This document shows, piece after piece, positions 30,612-40,061 of a stretch of DNA of 64,000 nucleotides (positions within the stretch are counted from its first letter, which is position 1; every line of letters begins with the position of its first letter). The notes beneath the pieces were generated by a model that was given only the letters and a program-made list of their open reading frames with translations, was not told the origin of the DNA and searched no databases. The stretch spans positions 12,023 through 76,022 of the forward strand of contig CAMCFN010000005.1 in the NCBI GenBank assembly GCA_945874145.1. Reading direction: 5' to 3'. A program made the translations under genes and the position numbers. This DNA is from Akkermansia muciniphila (GTDB lineage: Bacteria > Verrucomicrobiota > Verrucomicrobiia > Limisphaerales > SXTU01).

Positions 30612-30893
30612 ATGAAATCTTCCTACGAACTCGCGATGGAGCGGTTGAGCAAGCAAGCGCCGTCCGCCAAAATCACCACCGCGCAGAAAGCCCAGCTCGC
30701 CGACCTCGACTCGCTCTACAAATCCAAAATCGCCGACCGCGAAATCCTGGTGAAAGGCCAGCTCCAGAAAGCCGCCGAGAAGGGCGACGCCGAGGCTTAC
30801 GTGCAACTGGAGAAGCAGCTCGTCAGCGACCGCAAGACGTTGAACGCCGAGATGGAGGAGAAGAAGGAACGCGTCCGCGCGGGCAAGGACTAA
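30612..30893 (+). CDS. Small helical hypothetical protein (93 aa)
   Basis: Charged, coiled-coil-like MKSSYELAMERLSKQ...EEKKERVRAGKD. Coding-like codon bias. Confidence 0.6.
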   Translation: MKSSYELAMERLSKQAPSAKITTAQKAQLADLDSLYKSKIADREILVKGQLQKAAEKGDAEAYVQLEKQLVSDRKTLNAEMEEKKERVRAGKD

Positions 30894-30933
30894 ACCGGTA
30901 GCAGCCGACGTGAGGAGGCTCTGAACCATCTCC

Positions 30934-31803
30934 ATGTCCACCCCCGCACAACCCGGCACCCTGCCGCCCGCGCTGGCCGCCATCCGCGCGAACAAGCCGC
31001 TGCTGTTCCTGCTGGCGGGCGCGTTCGGTGGCGCGGCGGGTTCAGTGCTTGCGGAGTTCGCGCCAGGTGGTGGGGCCGATGCCACGGCGCTGGAGCTCAT
31101 CGTCGCAACTGGAATCTGGTCCGCCATCGCGGCGAGCGTGCTGGCCTCGGCGCTGTTCGTGGCGGGCGAGTGGCATCAGCGGCGCGACGTGCGGCCCCGC
31201 AGCGTCCAGAGAATCCTGTTGTTCGGTGCGCTCGCCGGCTTGGTGTCCGGAGCTGCGGCACAGGCGGCCTTCTCGGTGCAAATCGGCTCCGCAGCCTTCC
31301 ACGCCATCGTCGTGCGCGCGGCCTGCTGGGCGCTGATGGGAGCGCTGCTCGGCGCGTTGCTGTCGCGCCCTGTGCCGAATCTGGGGTTGCTGCGCGGAGT
31401 GGTGGCCGGCGCGGTTGGTGGTGGTCTGGGCGGTATGGGATTCCTGCTGGTGGGCCAAGTCCTGCCAGATGCAATTGGCCGGCTAGTGGGCCTCGGCACG
31501 CTCGGCTTCGCGCTCGGGCTGGCGATGATTGTGGTCGAGAAGCTCTTCCGTGAGGCCAGCCTCGAAGTCATCTGGGCTCCGAACGAGACGACGAACTTCA
31601 ACCTCGGCGCGCAGGCCGTGACCATCGGCGGCGGTGAGGATCATGTCTTCGTGCGCGGGTTGCCGCCACGCTTCGCGAGCATCGTGTTCGCGAACGGCGT
31701 GATCGAATACATCGAGACCGCCACCGGCAAACGCACGCCGCTCAAAGACGGCAGCCGCCTGGAAATCGGGAGGCTGAACCTCGTCATCCACGCGGCAAAA
31801 TGA
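30934..31803 (+). CDS. Gly/Ala-rich multi-TM membrane protein with a weak FHA-like C-terminal domain
   Basis: About 5-6 hydrophobic helices. The C-terminal ~85 aa (VTIGGGEDHVFVRGLPPRFASIVFANG...LKDGSRLEIGRLNLVI) loosely fits the FHA pattern. Confidence 0.65.
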   Translation: MSTPAQPGTLPPALAAIRANKPLLFLLAGAFGGAAGSVLAEFAPGGGADATALELIVATGIWSAIAASVLASALFVAGEWHQRRDVRPRSVQRILLFGALAGLVSGAAAQAAFSVQIGSAAFHAIVVRAACWALMGALLGALLSRPVPNLGLLRGVVAGAVGGGLGGMGFLLVGQVLPDAIGRLVGLGTLGFALGLAMIVVEKLFREASLEVIWAPNETTNFNLGAQAVTIGGGEDHVFVRGLPPRFASIVFANGVIEYIETATGKRTPLKDGSRLEIGRLNLVIHAAK

Positions 31804-32912
31804 GCGGTCCGTCCCCTGCCCCGCCTGCATCACGCCAGGGCCGCTGGCTGGCGGTGACGTTCGGTGTCGCGCTCGCGGGCTTCACTTTCCTGTGCTGGCG
31901 GGATGCGAACCGGCCGCCTGTCCGTGCGGTGTCCGGCGGCACATACTTCGGCAAGGACGTGGACGGGCGGCTCGTGTATGTGAACCTCTTCGAGTTGGAC
32001 TATGGAGACCGCCGATTCCTCGGCTGGCAGGGCTGGCTGTATCGCGAAGGACAGGGACAAGCCGAGTGGTTCACCACGGAGAAACGGGCGCATCCGTGGA
32101 AGCAGACCTTTCACGGACGCGAGCGGGACGACGCCAAGTCGCCGCCTGAATCAACGGTCACGTCCACCGATATTTCTCACCGACTCAACGTCGCGCTCCC
32201 GCGCCTCAACTCCTGGGGCAGCGACACGGCGAACCTCACGCGGCAGTTCGAGCACGTCGGCTTTCGACGGGTCGCCGGGATTCGATTTGGACGCGTAGGC
32301 GGCACGCAGCAATATTACGCTCAGTTCCCGCGCCTGGCGGAGACGAGTGTGTTTCTCGCGGCGGTGAGCCGGGAGATTCTCGCGCAATGCGAAGCCGGGG
32401 CCGCAGAGTTCAATAGCGAGGCCTTTGACTTCTGGAAGGGAATGATTCGCGAGCGGCAGCTGCCAGGCTTCAATCAATACGAGTTCACTGCGAACTGGCA
32501 GCTCCGCCTGCTCACCACGAACCTCGCGAGCTTCTCCGTGTCGAGCTACGACGCGACCGGTGGCAATGGCAACCATTCGCACTGGGGTGGGGTGAACCTC
32601 ATCGCGACGGACGCAGGAGCGCGCAGCTTGAAAGCGGCGGAACTGTTTCGCGAAGTTTCAGAGAACGATTTGCGCGCCCGCTGCGTCCCCAAACTCAAAG
32701 CCATCGGCGCGCCCCGCCCCGAGGCCGTGTTCGACAAAGACGTGACCCTCGACACCTTCACGCTCTCGCCCACCGGCCTGCAAATCTACTTCAACCCCTA
32801 CGCCATCGCCTCCGGCGCGGACGGCGAGTTCGTGGTCCACTTCGACTATGCGGAGTTGAAAGATCTGCTGCGAGACGACGGGCCAGCCCTATGGCTGCCA
32901 TGTGGGAATTAG
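31800..32912 (+). CDS. DUF3298 (RsiV/PdaC-like) domain protein with an N-terminal membrane anchor
   Basis: ATGA overlap with the upstream gene. TM WLAVTFGVALAGFTFLCW. C-terminus YDATGGNGNHSHWGGVNL...AAELF...FTLSPTGLQIYFNPYAIASGADGEFVVHFDYAELKDLL matches the DUF3298 pattern. Confidence 0.72.
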   Translation: MSGPSPAPPASRQGRWLAVTFGVALAGFTFLCWRDANRPPVRAVSGGTYFGKDVDGRLVYVNLFELDYGDRRFLGWQGWLYREGQGQAEWFTTEKRAHPWKQTFHGRERDDAKSPPESTVTSTDISHRLNVALPRLNSWGSDTANLTRQFEHVGFRRVAGIRFGRVGGTQQYYAQFPRLAETSVFLAAVSREILAQCEAGAAEFNSEAFDFWKGMIRERQLPGFNQYEFTANWQLRLLTTNLASFSVSSYDATGGNGNHSHWGGVNLIATDAGARSLKAAELFREVSENDLRARCVPKLKAIGAPRPEAVFDKDVTLDTFTLSPTGLQIYFNPYAIASGADGEFVVHFDYAELKDLLRDDGPALWLPCGN

Positions 32913-32979
32913 GACGGCACCGGGCCCGGCAGCCCGGGGGCAACTTCGCTCACCGAGCAAATACTCGAGCCTCGCTGAC

Positions 32980-33023
32980 AAGCCCAAGCCCAAGCACAAG
33001 CACAAGGCAGCCCAAGCACAAGG
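32980..33023. repeat. Imperfect hexanucleotide repeat (AAGCMC)n upstream of the PSCyt gene
   Basis: AAGCCC AAGCCC AAGCAC AAGCAC AAGGCAGCCC AAGCAC AAGG, about 100 nt upstream of ATG 33121. Confidence 0.6.
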
Positions 33024-33120
33024 CATTGCCATCCTGCACAAGTTGTCGGAAAGTTGCGCCCAGCGCCCCGTCCAGCTGGTGAATCCCGCCGCGCTGGCCC
33101 GGGTCGAACGAACTGAATTT

Positions 33121-36100
33121 ATGCCGTCAACACACCTGTTCCTCGGTCTGGCCGTCCTCGGGACTTTTGCCACCGCTGCCACCGCCGCCCCTGCGAGCGC
33201 CAAGAAGGTGGATTACAACCGCGACATCCGCCCCGTGTTGTCGGACAACTGCTTTTACTGCCACGGCCCGGACGAGAAAAAGCGCGAGGCCAAGCTCCGC
33301 CTCGACGTGCGCGAGGACGCCATCGCCGCCAAGGCCTTCATCCCCGGCAAGCCCGACCAGAGCGAGCTGGTGAAACGCATCTTCACCAAGGATCCGGACG
33401 ACCTCATGCCGCCGCCGGACTCGCACAAGAAGCTCACCGCGGCACAGAAGGATCTGTTCAAGCGCTGGATCGCCGAAGGCGCGGAGTATCAAACGCACTG
33501 GGCTTACGTCGCGCCCAAGCGGCCCGCTGTGCCCGCCGGCCAGAATGGCGTGGATCATCTCGTGCAGGCGCGTTTGAAGGAAATTGGCCTGAAGCCCTCA
33601 CCTGAAGCAGACCGCCGTACGCTCGCGCGCCGGCTCCACTTCGACCTGCTCGGTCTGCCGCCGAAGCCCGAGGAGGTGGACGCATTCGTGAATGACAAAT
33701 CTCCCGACGCCTACGCCAGGCTCGTCGAGCGCCTGCTCGCGTCGCCGCACTACGGCGAGCGCATGGCCATCGGCTGGCTGGACGTGGTGCGTTACGCGGA
33801 CACCATCGGTTACCATTCGGACACGCCGCGCAATGTCTTCCCCTACCGCGACTACGTCATCAAGGCATTCAACGAGAACAAGCGCTTCGATCAGTTCACG
33901 CGCGAGCAACTCGCCGGCGACCTCCTGCCGAACGCCACACTGGAAACACGCGTTGGTTCCGCCTTCAACCGGCTCATCCTCTCCACTGAGGAGGGCGGCG
34001 CGCAGGCGAAGGACTACGAACAGCGCTACCTCACCGACCGCGTCCGCGCCGTGGGCACCGTCTGGCTCGCCCAAACCACCGGCTGCGCGCAATGCCACGA
34101 CCACAAGTTCGACCCCGTGACACAGCGCGATTTTTATTCGCTGGGCGCATTCTTCGCCGACATCAAGGAACCCATCGTCGGCAAGCGCGAGGAGGGCATG
34201 CCCGTTCCCAGCGACAACGACACGTCGGAAGTGGCGCGCCTTGAGGGCGAGGCCTCCCGGTTGCAAAAGGATTTCGACGGACCGCACCCGCAGCTCGCCA
34301 GCGCGTTCGAGAAATGGCAGGACGCCGCCTTCGCCGCCGTGCAGCACGACGCGAAGTGGAAGCCGATCAAGCCCGCCAAGGTCGCATCCGCCAAGAACGC
34401 CAAGCTCGCCATCCAAGGCGACGGCTCCGTGCTCGCCAGCGGCAAGGCCACGGAGAACGACACTTATTCCGTGACCGTCACCAACGCGCTCAGCGGGGTT
34501 ACCGGCCTGCGCCTCGAAGCCTTGCCCGACGCCTCCCTGCCCGCGAACGGCCCGGGGCGCGCGGCCAATGGCAACTTCATCCTGTCCGAAGTCGTCGCCA
34601 CCGTGCAGCGCGTGAAAGGCCCGGCCACGCCCTTAAAGTTCGCCGCCGCGCGGGCGACCATCGAGCAGGCCAGCCACGCGGAGAAGAACCCCAACAAGGG
34701 CTGGACCGCCGCGTCGGCAATTGACGGCGATGCGAAAAATGGCAACGCGGGCTGGGCGATCTTGCCCGAGACCGGCCGCGCGCAGAACCTCGTCCTGGAA
34801 CTGGCCGAGCCGCTGACCTTGGCCGCCGGTGAGTCGCTCGTGGTTGACTTGAAGCAATTCGGCACGACCAAGGACCACTTGCTCGGAAAGTTCCGCCTCG
34901 GTGGGACAACGGAGGTGGACGCCGCGCGCACTGTGCTCCCGCCCGCGCCGCCAGCGGAGATCGCGGCAATTCTAAAGGTCACGAACGACAAACGGAACGC
35001 CGCACAGAAAGACAAGCTCTTCGCGCACTTCAAGACCCTCACACCCGAGTTGTCCAAGCTGCGCCAGCAACTCGCCGACGCGAAGAAGGCCAAGACGGAC
35101 TACGAAGCGAAGATTCCCAAATGCCTAGTCTCCAATTCATCCGATTCCAAACGGACCGTCCGCATTCTGCCACGCGGCAACTGGATGGATGAGAGCGGCC
35201 AGGTAATGCAGCCCGCCCTGCCGGCCTTCCTGACCGTGTCACTCAAGAAGGATCCGAAGGCCCAAGCCCCGCTAACGCGCGCGGACCTGGCGGAGTGGAT
35301 TGTCGCGAAGGAAAACCCATTGACCGCGCGTGTCTTCGTGAACCGCCTCTGGAAGCAGTTCTTCGGCACCGGGCTCTCAAAGGTGCTCGACGACATGGGC
35401 GCGCAGGGCGAGCCGCCGGTGAACCCCGCGCTGCTGGACTGGCTCGCCACCGAGTTCATGGACCGGGGCTGGGACATGAAGCACATGGTCCGCACCATCG
35501 TGATGAGCGCGACCTACCGGCAAACTTCGACCGCCTCGAAGGACCTGCAAACCCGCGACCCCTACAACCGCGAGCTGGCCCGCCAGAGCCGCTGGCGCAT
35601 TGAGGCCGAGATGGTTCGTGACAACGCGCTGACCGTCGCCGGCCTGCTGAATTCCAAGATTGGCGGCCCGAGCGTGAAGCCGTATCAGCCCGATGGCTAC
35701 TGGGAGAACCTCAATTTCCCGGTGCGCAGCTACGACGCGAGCAAAGGCGATGACCAGTTCCGTCGTGGCCTCTACACCTGGTGGCAGCGCAGCTTCCTGC
35801 ATCCCTCGATGCTGGCGTTCGATGCGCCCAGCCGCGAGGAGTGCGCCGCCGAACGCACGCGCTCGAACATCCCGCAGCAGGCGCTCGTGCTGCTCAACGA
35901 TCCGACCTACGTCGAGTCCGCCCGCGCCTTCGCCGCGCGGATCGTGAAGGAAGGCAGCGGTGACGCGACCGCGCGCATCACGTGGGCGTGGAAGCAAGCA
36001 CTCGCCCGCGCCCCGCGCGCCGATGAACTCACCACCGCCCGCGCACTCTTCGACAAACACCTCGCGCAATACAAGGCCGACGCCAAGGCCGCCGAGTCCC

Positions 36101-36216
36101 TCCTGAAAGTAGGCCTCGCCCCGTTGCCCCCCGCCGCTGACCAGGCCGAACTCGCCGCGTGGACCAGTGTCGCCCGGGTCATTCTCAATCTTCACGAAAC
36201 GATTACCCGCAGTTGA
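33121..36216 (+). CDS. PSCyt1 (planctomycete cytochrome c) + DUF1549 + DUF1553 protein
   Basis: Start ATG 33121 with signal peptide. DIRPVLSDNCFYCHGPDEKKREAKLRLD (PSCyt). HWAYV..P, CAQCHDHKFDP (DUF1549). C-terminal NRLW..FFG.GL (DUF1553). Confidence 0.9.
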   Translation: MPSTHLFLGLAVLGTFATAATAAPASAKKVDYNRDIRPVLSDNCFYCHGPDEKKREAKLRLDVREDAIAAKAFIPGKPDQSELVKRIFTKDPDDLMPPPDSHKKLTAAQKDLFKRWIAEGAEYQTHWAYVAPKRPAVPAGQNGVDHLVQARLKEIGLKPSPEADRRTLARRLHFDLLGLPPKPEEVDAFVNDKSPDAYARLVERLLASPHYGERMAIGWLDVVRYADTIGYHSDTPRNVFPYRDYVIKAFNENKRFDQFTREQLAGDLLPNATLETRVGSAFNRLILSTEEGGAQAKDYEQRYLTDRVRAVGTVWLAQTTGCAQCHDHKFDPVTQRDFYSLGAFFADIKEPIVGKREEGMPVPSDNDTSEVARLEGEASRLQKDFDGPHPQLASAFEKWQDAAFAAVQHDAKWKPIKPAKVASAKNAKLAIQGDGSVLASGKATENDTYSVTVTNALSGVTGLRLEALPDASLPANGPGRAANGNFILSEVVATVQRVKGPATPLKFAAARATIEQASHAEKNPNKGWTAASAIDGDAKNGNAGWAILPETGRAQNLVLELAEPLTLAAGESLVVDLKQFGTTKDHLLGKFRLGGTTEVDAARTVLPPAPPAEIAAILKVTNDKRNAAQKDKLFAHFKTLTPELSKLRQQLADAKKAKTDYEAKIPKCLVSNSSDSKRTVRILPRGNWMDESGQVMQPALPAFLTVSLKKDPKAQAPLTRADLAEWIVAKENPLTARVFVNRLWKQFFGTGLSKVLDDMGAQGEPPVNPALLDWLATEFMDRGWDMKHMVRTIVMSATYRQTSTASKDLQTRDPYNRELARQSRWRIEAEMVRDNALTVAGLLNSKIGGPSVKPYQPDGYWENLNFPVRSYDASKGDDQFRRGLYTWWQRSFLHPSMLAFDAPSREECAAERTRSNIPQQALVLLNDPTYVESARAFAARIVKEGSGDATARITWAWKQALARAPRADELTTARALFDKHLAQYKADAKAAESLLKVGLAPLPPAADQAELAAWTSVARVILNLHETITRS

Positions 36217-36252
36217 ACGCGACGGCTCAGAGCCGTGTGCTATTCTCCACCC

Positions 36253-36528
36253 ATGAATTCGACTTTGGAAAACAGCGAGGCGGCCATCCTCGACCGGTTG
36301 ATTCGGCCCGCCGAAGGTGGCTGGCCCGCCCCTGCCGCCCGCGCGATTCTTGGTTTGGGATTCGAGGAGACGGACAAGCACCGCATTACGGAGTTGCTGG
36401 CGAAAGCCAAGGCTGGCTCGCTGACTACCGATGAGACTCGCGCCTTGGAGAGTTACCGCCATGTGGGGCGGTTGCTGGAGCTGATGAAGTCCCGCGCCCG
36501 CCACTCGTTGTCGAAGGAGGCCGCCTGA
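36253..36528 (+). CDS. Small helical protein (91 aa), putative partner or antitoxin of the HNH nuclease
   Basis: MNSTLENSEAAILDRLIRP...ELLAKAKAGSLTTDETRALESYRHVGRLLELMKSRARHSL. AAGGAGG at 36514-36520 lies 12 nt before the HNH ATG. 4-nt intergenic gap. Confidence 0.6.
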   Translation: MNSTLENSEAAILDRLIRPAEGGWPAPAARAILGLGFEETDKHRITELLAKAKAGSLTTDETRALESYRHVGRLLELMKSRARHSLSKEAA

Positions 36529-36532
36529 ATCC

Positions 36533-36937
36533 ATGCCGCGTCCAGACCGAGCGTTGGAGGCCGAGGTCATCCGCCGGGCCGTTGGCCGGTGTGAGTATTG
36601 TCACTACCCTGAGGCGGCGGCGGAACTGCCGTTCCACGTTGACCACATCATCGCCGAGAAACACCGGGGCGAAACAAATGCCGCGAACCTCGCGTGGGCC
36701 TGTTTCTCGTGCAATATGCACAAAGGCCCCAGCATCGCCGGCCTCGACCCGCTCAACGGCGAACTCGTCCGCTTGTTTCATCCGCGCACAGACTCGTGGA
36801 CTGAGCACTTCGAGTGGACTGGCGTCTGGCTGCGCGGCAGGACGGCAGTCGGACGCTCAACCGTTGCCGTGCTCGACATCAACCACGAAGACTCGCTGGC
36901 GGTTCGCGAGGCGCTCCGAGATGAAGGCGCATTCTGA
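36533..36937 (+). CDS. Stand-alone HNH endonuclease (134 aa)
   Basis: CEYCHYP...FHVDHIIAEKHRGETNAANLAWACFSCNMHKG gives CxxC...CxxC zinc ligands plus the H-N-H catalytic core. Confidence 0.85.
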   Translation: MPRPDRALEAEVIRRAVGRCEYCHYPEAAAELPFHVDHIIAEKHRGETNAANLAWACFSCNMHKGPSIAGLDPLNGELVRLFHPRTDSWTEHFEWTGVWLRGRTAVGRSTVAVLDINHEDSLAVREALRDEGAF

Positions 36938-36972
36938 CCACTGACCAACCGTAACCTGAACGACACTTTCCC

Positions 36973-38436
36973 ATGAATCTTCATTCCGAACTCCGCCAAT
37001 TCCGCCGGCAACAGCAGACGCGCCGTGCCTTCCTCGGCCGCACCGCCCAAGGGGTGGGCGGCTTCGCGCTCGCCTCACTGCTGAACTCGCCTTTGTTCGC
37101 CGCCACGAAGCCTTCCGCTTCGCCTGCGAAGGACAAGTGGCCCGGCGTCGTGAACCCGCTGCATTACCCAGCGAAGGCCAAGCGCGTCATCTGGCTCACG
37201 ATGGCGGGCGGGCCGTCGCACTTGGAGACGTGGGATTACAAGCCCCAGCTCGCGAAGATGCACGGCGAGCCGATGCCGGAGTCATTCACCAAGGGCAAGC
37301 AAATCGCCCAGCTTCAGAACGCGAAGTTGAACTGCTTTGGCCCGCAGCTTGGCTTCAAGAAGTTCGGGCAGAACGGTCAGGAGATTTGTGAGTTGCTCCC
37401 GCTCATCGGCTCCGTGACCGACGAGATGTGCGTCATCCGCTCGATGACCACCGAGGCCATCAACCACGATCCGGCGCATATGTTCATGAACACCGGATCG
37501 CAAATTGCCGGCCGGCCCAGCGCGGGCGCATGGGTGACTTACGGCCTCGGCACCGAGGCGGAGGATTTGCCCGGTTTCGTGGTGCTGACTTCGCTGGGCA
37601 AGGGCGGGCAGAACCAGCCCATTGCCGCGCGGCAGTGGTCGCCGGGTTTTCTTCCCAGCCGCTTTCAAGGGGTGCAACTCCGCAGCAAGGGCGACGCCGT
37701 GCTTTATCTCGGCACGCCTGCCGGCATCACACGCGACCAGCAGGGCGACGTGGTGCAGGCCGTCAATTCGCTCAACAAGAAATACGACGCGGTGGTCGAC
37801 GACCCGGAAATCGCCACGCGCATCGCACAGTATGAAATGGCCTTCCAGATGCAGGCCAGCGTGCCCGAGTTGATGGACACCTCGAAAGAGCCGCAGGCCA
37901 TCATGGACCTCTACGGCTGCAAGCCCGGCGATGGCTCGTTCGCGGCGAACTGTCTGCTGGCTCGCCGGCTCGCCGAGCGCGGCACGCGCTTCATCCAGCT
38001 CTATCACAAGGATTGGGACCATCACGGCGGCGTGAAGGAAGGCATCACGCAGAAGGCCGCCGAGATTGACCGCGCCTGCATGGCCCTCATCACCGACCTC
38101 AAGCAGCGCGGAATGTTTCAGGACACCATTATCGTCTGGGCCGGCGAGTTCGGGCGCACGCCCATGAGCCAGGGCGGCAGCGGTCGCGACCACCATAACG
38201 CAGGCTTCAGCATCTGGCTCGCGGGTGGCGGCATCAAGGGCGGTATCAGCTACGGTGCGACCGACGAGTTGGGCTACTCCGCCGTCGAGAACGTGGTGAA
38301 CGTCCATGACCTTCATGCGACGCTCCTGCGGTTGCTGGGCATCGACCACAGCCGGCTCTCCATCAAGTTCCAAGGCTTGGACGTGCGGTTGTCCGGGGTG
38401 GAAGGTGCGAAGCCGATTCAAGGCATTCTCGCATAG
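36973..38436 (+). CDS. DUF1501 (sulfatase-like) protein with a TAT signal
   Basis: RRAFLGRTAQGVGGFALASLL twin-arginine leader. GGPSHLETWDYKP, WDHH, GEFGRTP, GRDHH. Confidence 0.9.
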   Translation: MNLHSELRQFRRQQQTRRAFLGRTAQGVGGFALASLLNSPLFAATKPSASPAKDKWPGVVNPLHYPAKAKRVIWLTMAGGPSHLETWDYKPQLAKMHGEPMPESFTKGKQIAQLQNAKLNCFGPQLGFKKFGQNGQEICELLPLIGSVTDEMCVIRSMTTEAINHDPAHMFMNTGSQIAGRPSAGAWVTYGLGTEAEDLPGFVVLTSLGKGGQNQPIAARQWSPGFLPSRFQGVQLRSKGDAVLYLGTPAGITRDQQGDVVQAVNSLNKKYDAVVDDPEIATRIAQYEMAFQMQASVPELMDTSKEPQAIMDLYGCKPGDGSFAANCLLARRLAERGTRFIQLYHKDWDHHGGVKEGITQKAAEIDRACMALITDLKQRGMFQDTIIVWAGEFGRTPMSQGGSGRDHHNAGFSIWLAGGGIKGGISYGATDELGYSAVENVVNVHDLHATLLRLLGIDHSRLSIKFQGLDVRLSGVEGAKPIQGILA

Positions 38437-38513
38437 CCTTCAACAACGGCGGATGGCCGATTCGACCGCTCCTGCCCCACAAAACAGCCCGGCTCCTGTA
38501 GGAAAGCCACCTC

Positions 38514-39158
38514 ATGAGTCTTCGTCAGACGCTTGCCTGTGTGCGCGTCCGGCTTCGCTGCTGGCGCCATATCAAGCACCTCTACTGGGAGCACGGCCGC
38601 GTCTCGGTTGATTTTCATTACTCACCGTTCACCGAACTTGGTGCGTTGCGTGGGATCAAGTTCCATCACCTGGGGCTCTATGGCACTGCTGTCACCGACT
38701 GGTCGCAACTGCGGGCGCTCGACTTCCGTTCGCTCAATGCCGGCGGCACCACTTTTTCAAACCTCGATGCTCTGAACTCCAAGCCACTGACCTCGCTGGA
38801 GCTTTACCAAACCCCGGTCCAATCCCTTGCTGGCATCCAGTCCATGCCCTTGGAGTTTCTGCAAATCGGATCCACGCAAGTCCGGGACTTTTCGCCCGTG
38901 GCGCGGTTGCCCCTGCGCACGCTGCTGATGCTGCACTGCCAGGCTGAAGATCTTTCCTTCCTCGCCGGCCTCAACCTCGAACGCTTCGGCTGCTCCTTCA
39001 CCCAGGCCACCCGGGGGCTCGCGGTCTTGCGCGGCATGCGGCGGCTGCAATGGGTGCACACCACCGAATACGACAGCTTCAGCGCGGCGGAATTCTGGCA
39101 TCGGATGGACCAGCGGTTGCCACTCGATGAAAACCTCAACAGTTACCGCTCCGAGTAA
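38514..39158 (+). CDS. Leucine-rich-repeat-like protein without a signal peptide (possibly truncated)
   Basis: Repeats LxxLxL (LTSLELYQTPVQSLAGIQSMPLEFLQIGSTQVRDFSPVARLPLRTLLM). No N-terminal leader. Confidence 0.5.
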   Translation: MSLRQTLACVRVRLRCWRHIKHLYWEHGRVSVDFHYSPFTELGALRGIKFHHLGLYGTAVTDWSQLRALDFRSLNAGGTTFSNLDALNSKPLTSLELYQTPVQSLAGIQSMPLEFLQIGSTQVRDFSPVARLPLRTLLMLHCQAEDLSFLAGLNLERFGCSFTQATRGLAVLRGMRRLQWVHTTEYDSFSAAEFWHRMDQRLPLDENLNSYRSE

Positions 39159-39191
39159 ACGGTATATCCGCCCTCAAGTCCCCTGGCCGCG

Positions 39192-40061
39192 TTACGCCAC
39201 AGCAATTTCCGCGCTGCGCCACCGCTCACCTGCCTGCAACACCCGGCACTTCTGTCCCAGTCGGGCGCACTCCGCCACGAACTCGTCCGGCGACGCCGTG
39301 TTGAACGTGAACATGTCGTAGTGCATCGGGATGACCAGCTTCGCGCCGATGGCCTTGGCCAGTTGTGCTGCCTCGCGACCATCTAGATTCCCCGCGACCT
39401 TGCGCTCCGGCTTGTCGCCGTTGATGGGCAGGAGTGCCACGTCCACGCGGAACGGGCGAATCCAATCCTCCATGCCCTCGAAGTGCTTGGTGTCCCCCGC
39501 GTGATAGATACGCCATGGGCCGAACTGGAGCAGGTAGCCGAGGAACTTGTGGTTCCCCGCAGCGTCCACCTCCAGCTCGTTGTGCGCGGCGGGAATGCCG
39601 TTGAACGTGAACCCGCCTGCCGACTTCACATCGCCCGCGCGCACGCTGATGAGATTCGGTGCCTTGAGGCTTAGCCCGATGCGGAACGCCCCCGCGCCCT
39701 TGTTCGCCTCCGGTAGCACCAGCGGCAGCGCGGGCTTCGCCGCGAGCAATGGCTTGAGCGTGTCCGGGTCGAAGTGGTCCGTGTGGTTGTGGCTGCTCGT
39801 TATCACGTCCACGAAGCCCAGCCGCTCCGGCGCGATCACGCGCTCGGTCATGCGCACATGGGGCTTGTCCGTCTGCGCATACTTCACCGTGAGCGAGTCG
39901 GACAGATACGGGTCTAGCAGTGCGTGCCGCCCATTGAACTGCACGAGAAACCCGCTCTGCCCCAGCCACCACAGGCGAAAGTTGGGCCGGTCTGTCTTCG
40001 CGGACTCGATGTCGGCGAGGAGCGCATCGTCTTGGAGCAACGGCTTAATCATCGCGGCCAT
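39192..40061 (-). CDS. MBL-fold metallo-hydrolase
   Basis: SSHNHTDHFD (HxHxDH), WLGQSGFLV, IPMHYD. Confidence 0.85.
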   Translation of the reverse strand: MAAMIKPLLQDDALLADIESAKTDRPNFRLWWLGQSGFLVQFNGRHALLDPYLSDSLTVKYAQTDKPHVRMTERVIAPERLGFVDVITSSHNHTDHFDPDTLKPLLAAKPALPLVLPEANKGAGAFRIGLSLKAPNLISVRAGDVKSAGGFTFNGIPAAHNELEVDAAGNHKFLGYLLQFGPWRIYHAGDTKHFEGMEDWIRPFRVDVALLPINGDKPERKVAGNLDGREAAQLAKAIGAKLVIPMHYDMFTFNTASPDEFVAECARLGQKCRVLQAGERWRSAEIAVA

